This document shows, in pieces, positions 55,030 through 64,000 of a stretch of DNA of 64,000 nucleotides. Each line of letters opens with the position of its first letter. Position 1 is the first letter of the stretch. Below the pieces are notes generated by a model, which did no database searches, was not told the origin of the DNA, and worked only from the letters and a program-made list of their open reading frames with translations. The translations under genes and the position numbers were made by a program. The stretch comes from the human T2T-CHM13v2.0 reference genome, Homo sapiens, in the NCBI RefSeq assembly GCF_009914755.1, contig NC_060926.1; one strand, written 5' to 3'.

Positions 55030-56274
55030 TTAACCTTTATTATCATCTTGTGCAGTTTAATATTTCTTGTTTTCAATTTGTGTAGGCTTCCTTTCTAGTT
55101 AGAGTGATATCTTATATGTTCTTGTAGCCCATGGTGCCTTACCACAGGTACTCAATATCAGTTATCTTTCATGGATCCCTCTTGGTCTCATCTTCCACCC
55201 TCCACTCTATAGAATACTTGATGGTCTTTTGGCAAACTCCCTCCAAAATACTATTCCAGCTGCATATTGACTATTTCCAACTCTCCTTATTTTATGCACC
55301 TTCCAAGGCTTCTTTTGTTCATGATTATTAGAATTCCAGTGATGCACATATTTTGATTTGCTGAAATCCTATGGAATTATGAAATTAATTACTTCAATCT
55401 AAGAATACCAATTCTAAAAATACCTGCATTATAGGGGAAAAGGATCTCTCCTCTAACTATGTGGTTATTTTGCTGTTTACAACGTAATAGCAAAGACTTA
55501 TTTGGGGATGTTCACATTTGAGGTTATGTTTGGGTTTTTAAACTCTCATTCTGACATGCGTTTTAGTGTTTATGATGAGAATTTATAGGCTGATGTTCCT
55601 GATGTTTTCCATGAAGAATTGATTTTGACATGGATAACTTCTAGATCTGAAGTTGTGAATTTTGCTTTGGGTGATTTCAGAGATTATAAACTTCTTATTA
55701 ATTTGATATTGCAAATTTGTAATTTGCTTCATACAGGGAGAAGTCTCAAGCAATAGCTTCAGATAAATCATTAAATCTTTGCAGAAAGAGTTGTGTCCAC
55801 TATGTGTTCATACTAAAATTACCTGTGTATGTGGATGTAAACATTTGTGCATGTATATGGGTGCATATATATGCATGTATAGGTATGTCTAGAAATGAAT
55901 GCATGCATATATATATGCATATGCATGTTTACAATTGGGTATACATGTAAATTCTGGTACACTTGTGTTGCTGGAGACAAATAATTTTGACTTTGTTGTA
56001 TTATTCTTATTCCCTAATAAGGTTTATTATCCTCAGAAGAATAGGTGAGAAGTTATATAATAATTATAAAATAGAATAGTCTTCAGACATTTCCCCTTGA
56101 ATGTGGAAATAGCAACCTTCACCTTCTCCTACTTCCTAAAAAGGCAAGGGGCCCAATCTCCCAAAATTGCAAAAGGTGCAGTATATTGGGACAGGTAGAA
56201 ACTCCCTAAGATTAACATTTTTTAATTACCTATAAACTTTGATCCAGGTGTATGCTACCTGGATCAAAAGTCCT

Positions 56275-56491
56275 TTAGGGTTGGATTATTCTGCTTTGTG
56301 GTGTGTGTGTGTGCGTGTGTGTGTGTGGAGGGGGCTGGGGATGGGGGCAGGGGCTTCCCTGTGTATTTTAAGATGTTTAGCAGCATACTGTCACTTACCA
56401 ACTGGATGCCAATTGCATCATACTTTCAATCTTTGACAAATGTCCCTAGACATTGTCAAATGTCCCCTAGTAGGCAAAATCACTCAGGTTC
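56275..56491. mobile_element. MER20 (hAT-Charlie) with internal (TG)n and G-run expansion
   Basis: gatgtttagcagcat...aaatgtccctagacattgtcaaatgtcccct...ggcaaaatcac. Confidence 0.85.
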
Positions 56492-56618
56492 TATTTATTA
56501 CCACATATGATCAGACTGATGCTTTGGTCAGGTCTATCTATGCTCCTAACTATTAAATGACCTTAGGGAAGTCATTGAAACTCTTATGTTTTTATATTTT
56601 AAAATGAGCATTACCTTA

Positions 56619-56993
<375 letters not shown>

Positions 56994-57699
56994 TCATGTT
57001 TTTTCCTATAACAAAATAAATATTTAAATCAGACATTAAAACATATTTCAAACAGGTAATTTAAGTGAAAGGGTTAATTTTGTCTGGAATATGTGTGTAA
57101 TTGGAGTGTATTTTTTACTTAAGCCTTCTAGCTCCATAATGTTAAGATACTGTAACATTGCTGACATCCTGCCCTTGTGGAGTGGATATCCACAGCCCAG
57201 CAATGGACTGCTGCAGCTGCCCTTATTTCAAAGCAGGAAAAGGAAAAGCGGTGCAACATGTATAAAGCCACATAGAGTTCAGCCTGGAAGAGTTCTAAGT
57301 TGTCAGCCCACCTCCCAGGGTACTGAGATCCCCTTCACCTCCTATTCTTAGTATGCTTAGCAGTCACTGGATTAAGTTAACAAATCAATTTCAAGCTATA
57401 AATGCTCTTGGTAAATAGAACAAACTGCTGCCAGTTGACTGGCTCTATGACACATCACAACATGACAGGCATGGAAATTTCACCATCAGTGAGACAGGAC
57501 AAAATTATCCCATTGGAACGCTGATTATACCTGACCTCAACTGCAGAAAATTTCTCTTCTATGTATTATATTAGCTCTACTGACCATCATGCTTTAGCCC
57601 AAAAGGCCAGTAAACAAAAACAAAAAAACCTTCAAGCCTTTCTACAAAACTTCTCAAAGTTTCCACTTTATCGTTCAGAAAAATAATTAAAATGAGTAA

Positions 57700-58095
57700 T
57701 AATCTTCTCAAAAAGACAAAAGAAAAAGCTTTGCTCTCCGCTGAATTCCTTATAAGATCATCCTCATCATCCTGGGTACTCAAGTAAGAAATCCAAGCAC
57801 CTCCCTCAACTTTCTGTCATTCCCCTTATCAAACAGCTCAACATCCATTAAGGACTTCTTATTACAACATTTAAATATCTACAAATTTACCCTCTTTCCC
57901 CTATCTCTATTCGCATTCCTCTCCTCATCACTCTTTACTATCACCAGGATTGTTACAATATCATCCTGGCATGCACTCAGCTTTACATCAAGCCATGCAC
58001 CAGTCTATGCTCTAAAGAGCAGGCATAACTCACTTTCTGTGATACAAATCCGATAATTTCTCTACATGCTCAAGACCCTTCTCAAATGGGAAGCT
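57700..58095 (+). mobile_element. L2 fragment
   Basis: ccaggattgttacaatatcatcct...atacaaatccgataat...ctcaagacccttctcaaatgg. Confidence 0.55.
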
Positions 58096-58134
58096 AGAAA
58101 AGTCGAGGTAACTTTTCTCCCTTTACTCAATATA

Positions 58135-58499
58135 TGTATTAGTCTGTTCTCATGCTCCTAATAAAGACATATCCAAGACTGGGTAACTTATAAAGGAAAG
58201 AGGTTTAGTTGACTCACAGTTCTATGTGGCTGGGGAGGCCTCACAATCATGGCAGAAGGCAAAGGAGGAGCCAAGTCATGTCTTACACGGCAGAAGGCAA
58301 AGAGAGCATGGGCAGGGGAACTCCCATTTATAAAACCGTCAGATCTTGTGAGACTTATTCACTCTCATGAGGACAGCATGGGAAAGACTGGCCCCCATGA
58401 TTCAATTACCTCCCACTGGGTCCCCACCATGACACATGGGAATTATGGGAGCTATAATTCAAGATGAGATTTGAGTGGGGACACAGCCAAACCATATCA
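58135..58499 (-). mobile_element. THE1 solo LTR (THE1C-like)
   Basis: tgtattagtctgttctcatgct...ggacacagccaaaccatatca; perfect TSD atata. Confidence 0.95.
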
Positions 58500-58844
58500 A
58501 TATATTAATATTCAAGGTACAAATTCAATAAATAGCTGCTAAGTGAAGTCCTTTTGGACCATTCACCATATTATGATTGCATTCCAGAAGAGGGCAGATT
58601 CTCACCCAGAAACTTCTCCCAGATGAGCATTGAATGTCTGGGTTTAAATGCTGACTCTGCTTAGTTAGTCCATTATTCAAATAGACATTATTCAAATAAG
58701 GCTGAAAGGAAATAATGACAAAGAACATTAGAATTTATACATAGAGATCTTATAGATAACTGAGGCTTTCTTCTCTGTCTTTGAAATTACAAAAAGCATA
58801 GATTCAAATAGAGTTGTGTGTCTGTAATTTTGAGTGTATATCCA

Positions 58845-59000
58845 GTATACTGTAAAGAGCAGAGAACTGGAATCATGAAAACTGGGTTCTGAGCCTGAAA
58901 GTCCAGTTCAAATACTTTGTCATCGGCCTTTAGTTTCTTTATAAAATGAGAATGATGACCCCTACTTATGTTACTAAGGGAAAAACCAATATACAAAAAA
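58845..59000 (+). mobile_element. MIR
   Basis: aaagagcagagaactggaatc..actgggttctgagcct...tagtttctttataaaatgag. Confidence 0.6.
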
Positions 59001-60538
59001 GCACAACTCAAATACAAAGCATTAAATACAAACATCCACAAATAAATTTTTCACATAATCCTGATTATTTTCAATTTTCTAAAAATCATCCAGGACCCTG
59101 ACAGCTTTGATAGTAACAATTTATATAACAAAACTATATCAGATTATTTATCTTCTACTTTTTTAAAAAAAGAAAAGATGATTAGAAACAAATCATGTTG
59201 AGAATCCATTTTTATTCCCACAAACACTTCTGAAAAATATTAGCATTGGAAAATGGTTTACCTTGAATGGAAATAACAAAAAAAATTGATTTTCCTTTTT
59301 TCTACTGACACTATTACCTCAAATTGCCACTACATTTCAGCAAGTCTATGTGGAGATTAGAGGGCTTATTTAAACAGAAAAGAGAAACTACAGTCCAGGA
59401 TTAAATGCAGGAAGTGCAGCATTTTTTGGAGCTGTGCAAATCACACCAGCACAAAAGTTTCGTTCAGGAGTAGAAAAATCTTTCAGATCTTTCTCTAATA
59501 TTCAGTGCAGTTTTACACTTTGAACTGGTTGTTCTGACATAAGATTCCCTGTATTCTAGGTAGTAATAAGAGCTATCAGAACAACCATTATATTCCAGCT
59601 TTTTCCTGGGTATTTTTGTTACTGTGGTTTTGCATACAGTATGTTTGTATATACTATGTCTGCTCTTTGGGGCTAAGTATTAAAGATTTGAAAGTCAGGT
59701 AGCTGAGTTCTGGAATCATTTCTGAATTTAGAAAAGAAAATTGTTTCTTTGATGACTTGTACATTTGCTCTTTTTTCTCCCTTAAATAAAAAATTGGAGT
59801 AACATTTACAGACATCCCAAAATTATTTAATGTATCATATAGAAGGACAAAATTTCCAGTGTTACGTAAATTGTAAAATATCATATATAAATCCAAGGTA
59901 GTGTTTTTAACATTAAAGAAAGTAGTGCTAAAACAGAATTAAAGAAAGCTCCTAGGATGAGCTGACAGAAGGGTCGAGGATAGTGAATAAGCGATTTGCC
60001 TGTGATGAAATAAAAGTACCTCTGTGTGACACAGTCGCTAAAACAAGGGAATTCCAAGGATGTCTTAACCTACACTAAACATGGCTTGATTTAACTGTAT
60101 CTGTCACTACACATCTACGTATACTGTCTATCCTGACATATCCTCTCATTTTTTGGACATGTAAAACACACAACATGCAATTGTTTGGATCTTGGTGATA
60201 TGCTGCTGTAGGGGGAGCACAGAAACAATAAATAGAAGGGGAGAGCTGCCCTCCTAAAGCTGTCTTTTCAGAGTGGAAATTTCCTAAGGCCATAGTCAAG
60301 AAATATTACAAATGTTATATGAAAGTTACAACTCTTCCATCCTCAGTCCATTTAATGACACTTATATAAGGCCCAACCAAGGACTTTTTTTATCATGATA
60401 ATCTAGGCAGCCACCACTAAGCAACTGGGAGATGGTATGCAAACAGAAATTCCTTTGTCATTCCAGGTGAAAGCTACAACGTAAGCCTAACATTTCTTCA
60501 CAGGCACTTGTAACTTTTTGCATTAGAAGAGAAATATC

Positions 60539-60839
<301 letters not shown>

Positions 60840-61344
60840 AGAAGAGAAATATCATTATCATTTTATCTCTTGAATTATATATACTACAAAATATTTAAGA
60901 TTGACCACTGATTGCTAACTTTCAGATGTAGACTTTTAATGACCATTTACTACATACCACTGATGTGAGAATCCAAATGTAATAGATTGCTACTGTCATT
61001 CTTTTATATTAATATTTGGGATAATCTTTGTTTTAGTTGTGGCTCTTTATATATATCAATACAAATAACATCTCTTGTCCTATGTGGAACTCATCTTGCA
61101 TTTTCTTTTTATTTTTTATTTTTATAACACAAAATTCTCATGGTGATAAATTATGTTCCTCTTCAAAATGGGCCAACCAATATCATTGGAATATGAGCAA
61201 GAAAACTAGAGACACTTCTATCATAGAAACATAGTCACATATAATTGAGTAGTTGAATAAATCCAACATGTGATCTGTGGCAACCAGAGTCATAAAAAAT
61301 AGGTAATGTGCAAGTCATATTAGCAGAGCTTTCAAGTCAGAAGC

Positions 61345-61640
61345 TGCTATGAACTGAATATGTCCTTTCAAAATGCGTATGTTAAAGCCTAAGTTCCCAA
61401 TATGTTGACATTTGGAGGTGACAACTGTGGGAGAATGGATTCATGAGGGTGGGGATTTCATGAATAGGATTAGTGCCCTCACAATAAGAGACATGAAAAA
61501 GTTAATTTCTCTCTCCCCACATTGAGAAGATACCAGGATAAAACAGTTGTCTGCAAACCTGGAGTAGTACCCTCACCAGATTTACCAGATCTGCCAGTGC
61601 CTTGATCTTGGACTTCCCAGTTTCCATCAAATTGTAATAG
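61345..61640 (+). mobile_element. MLT1A0-like LTR, 3'-truncated
   Basis: tgctatgaactgaatatgtcc...gggattagtgcc-like...ccttgatcttggacttcccag. Confidence 0.82.
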
Positions 61641-61649
61641 AAAGCACAA

Positions 61650-62635
61650 CAGATATGCATTTACCTTTAGTAGAAATTGCCACAATTCACCAAAGTAGTT
61701 ACACAGTTTTGTATTCACATCAACACCATGTGGCAGGTTCACTTGTTGACATTATTGCTATTCTTTTACATTGTCCCTTTTTTTTATTTTATAGCTTCTA
61801 ATTTGTTGAAATGACCTTACATGGTGGGTTTTCATTTGCATTACCCTGATGGCCAATAATGCTGATCACCTTGTCATGAGATTATTGACCATCCATGTAT
61901 CTTCTTTGGTGAACTGTCTGTTCAAGTCTTCTGCCAATTGTTAAATCACATTGTCTATCTTTTTATTGTTCATTGGAAAGAGTTTATTGTATACTCAAGA
62001 CACAAGTCTTTTTCTAAGGATATATGGATTGCAATTTTATCCCAGTTCATGGTTTTCCTTGTAATTTTCTTAATGGTATCTTTTGATGAACAGGAAATTT
62101 AACTTTTTCTTGGGTTCAGTTTGTCAATTTTTTTTTTAAGTTTTATTTTGTTTTTGATTGGCACATGATATTGGTATATATTTATGGATACAGTGTGATG
62201 TTTCAATACATGTGTGCATTGTGTAATAATCAAATCAAGGTAATTAGCATATACATAACCTCAAATACTTATCACTTCTCTGTGGTGAGAACATTCAAAA
62301 TCCTCCCTTCTAGCCATTTTGAAATTACAAGACATTATTGTTAAAAATTAGTTCTTGAGAATCAATGTCAGCAGGTCTAGCAAACTACTGCCTTTGACCA
62401 CTGTGATTCTCTTATTAGTTTCATTATTATTTATGGAGTTTTTTGTAGTTGTTGTTATTTGTTTGTTCATTATATTCAACATAATGATCACATTATCTGT
62501 AAATAATAACATATTTACTTTTTCCTCTTTAAATTCGATGTCTTTTATTTCATCTTCTCGGTTAGGATTTGTAACAAAAATATTTAATAGAAGTGGTGGT
62601 AGCAAGCACATTTTTCTTCTCTCTCACCTTTAAGA
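61650..62635 (-). mobile_element. L1ME fragments with an L1MA 3' end (~62135-62345) inserted
   Basis: atttgcattaccctgatg...gaactgtctgttcaagtc; ttctctgtggtgagaacattcaaaatcctc. Confidence 0.75.
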
Positions 62636-62968
62636 CTGCACAGATCTTTTATCTTCTACAGCCTTGTTAGTAGCTTTCTGATAATTAGATCTACCTCTGT
62701 TTCATAGTCTGGCATCCAGTTGCACCGTCAGTTTTCTGAACTTTGAAAGGTCCCTCTCTATCCCAGGTAAAGTTTTTATACACAGTCTTATCATTTCAGA
62801 GTGGAGCAAATACCATCCCACAAAGAAGTCAGCCGTAAAGCAGTAAAGGTCTCTTCATGTAAAAATTGTTACATATTTAGAAAGACATAGCGCTTGTTTC
62901 TAATTCTGGCTCAGGTCCTTAATAGCTGAGTGATTTTTTTTCAATTCAGTTAACCTTTCTGGTCTTTA

Positions 62969-63438
<470 letters not shown>

Positions 63439-64000
63439 ACAGTTTTCAACTCCTAGTTGTGTCATTAATTTATTTAAAAATATTCTAAGTATTTGTTAAA
63501 TATGCTTTGCACATCTCCAATGTAAGTTCTGACGTAATAATTGTACAAAGACAGATCACCATGGAAATTTGAAATCTATTTATTGGCTTAGATTTAATAA
63601 ATCTACTTTCATTTCACACATAATCTCTTTTCTGTGAAAACTATTTTTTTTTTTGCTTTAAAATGAAGTATTCTGAAAATCACTAAAATTATTACAAGCC
63701 TTATTTGCTTGTACAACACATTATTACATAGACTATGTGGTAACATATTTCTCATCCACACATTTTGGGTACAATGTAACTGATCCAAGAAATGGAAATA
63801 CTTACTTACATTTTCCTTCCAGGATAGTCATAGGTGGTAACTCTTACAGTGAATGTAAAACGCTGCATATAGTAAAGAATTAGCACAAGTCCCTGGAAAC
63901 TTTATTTTAAGTCCAACTTCTTGGGAAGTTTCTGTTTCAGATCTCCAGTCTTCCCAAAATATTGAACAGAATAAGATCCCCTATTTCTAATAATGACATT

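Noticed and set aside
55572-55650. Box C/D snoRNA-like spacing (ATGATGA ... CTGA, 79 nt)
   Set aside because: No terminal stem and no rRNA/snRNA guide complementarity that I can see. A similar weak case occurs at 8308-8388. snoscan or Infernal would settle it.
55589-55756. 55-codon stop-free stretch (ADVPDVFHEELILTW...)
   Set aside because: No ATG, weak acceptor and no recognisable homology.
60450-60486. 14-nt microexon (ttcCAG|gtgaaagctacaac|GTAAGC)
   Set aside because: Not frame-preserving and no supporting context.
63800-63900. Minus-strand exon with GTAAGT donor and open frame
   Set aside because: The sequence resembles a decayed MIR end, and the acceptor tract is poor.

Overview
AT-rich primate (probably human/catarrhine, since AluY-type copies are present) non-coding genomic DNA. 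I recognise no protein-coding exon, tRNA/rRNA/snRNA gene, CpG island, processed pseudogene or prokaryotic-type system. The ORF track is explained by Alu, L1, LTR and Tigger remnants plus chance. Roughly half the window is interspersed repeat: about 15 Alu/FLAM copies, many L1 fragments (L1PA, L1PB, L1MA-ME), L2 and MIR, solo LTRs (LTR8, MER41C-like, THE1C, MST/MLT1, MER74-, MER76- and MER90/110-like) and DNA transposons (a 5'-truncated Tigger2 with decayed transposase, MER1B, MER63, MER82, MER20, half MADE1). L1s and LTRs lie mostly on the minus strand and several splice-like segments lie on the plus strand, suggesting an intron of a large plus-strand transcription unit that I cannot name. Best leads: a donor-hairpin/short-intron/TATA cassette at about 27.5-27.8 kb, a hairpin + (TG)n + G-quadruplex cluster at MER20 (56.2-56.35 kb), a twin-primed inverted L1 with TSD, a triple nested LTR8/MER41C/L1 insertion, and a paired PBX-HOX + MEF2 motif. 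I found no convincing evidence of a novel biological system. Repeat subfamily names come from recalled consensus sequences, and boundaries of old elements are approximate.
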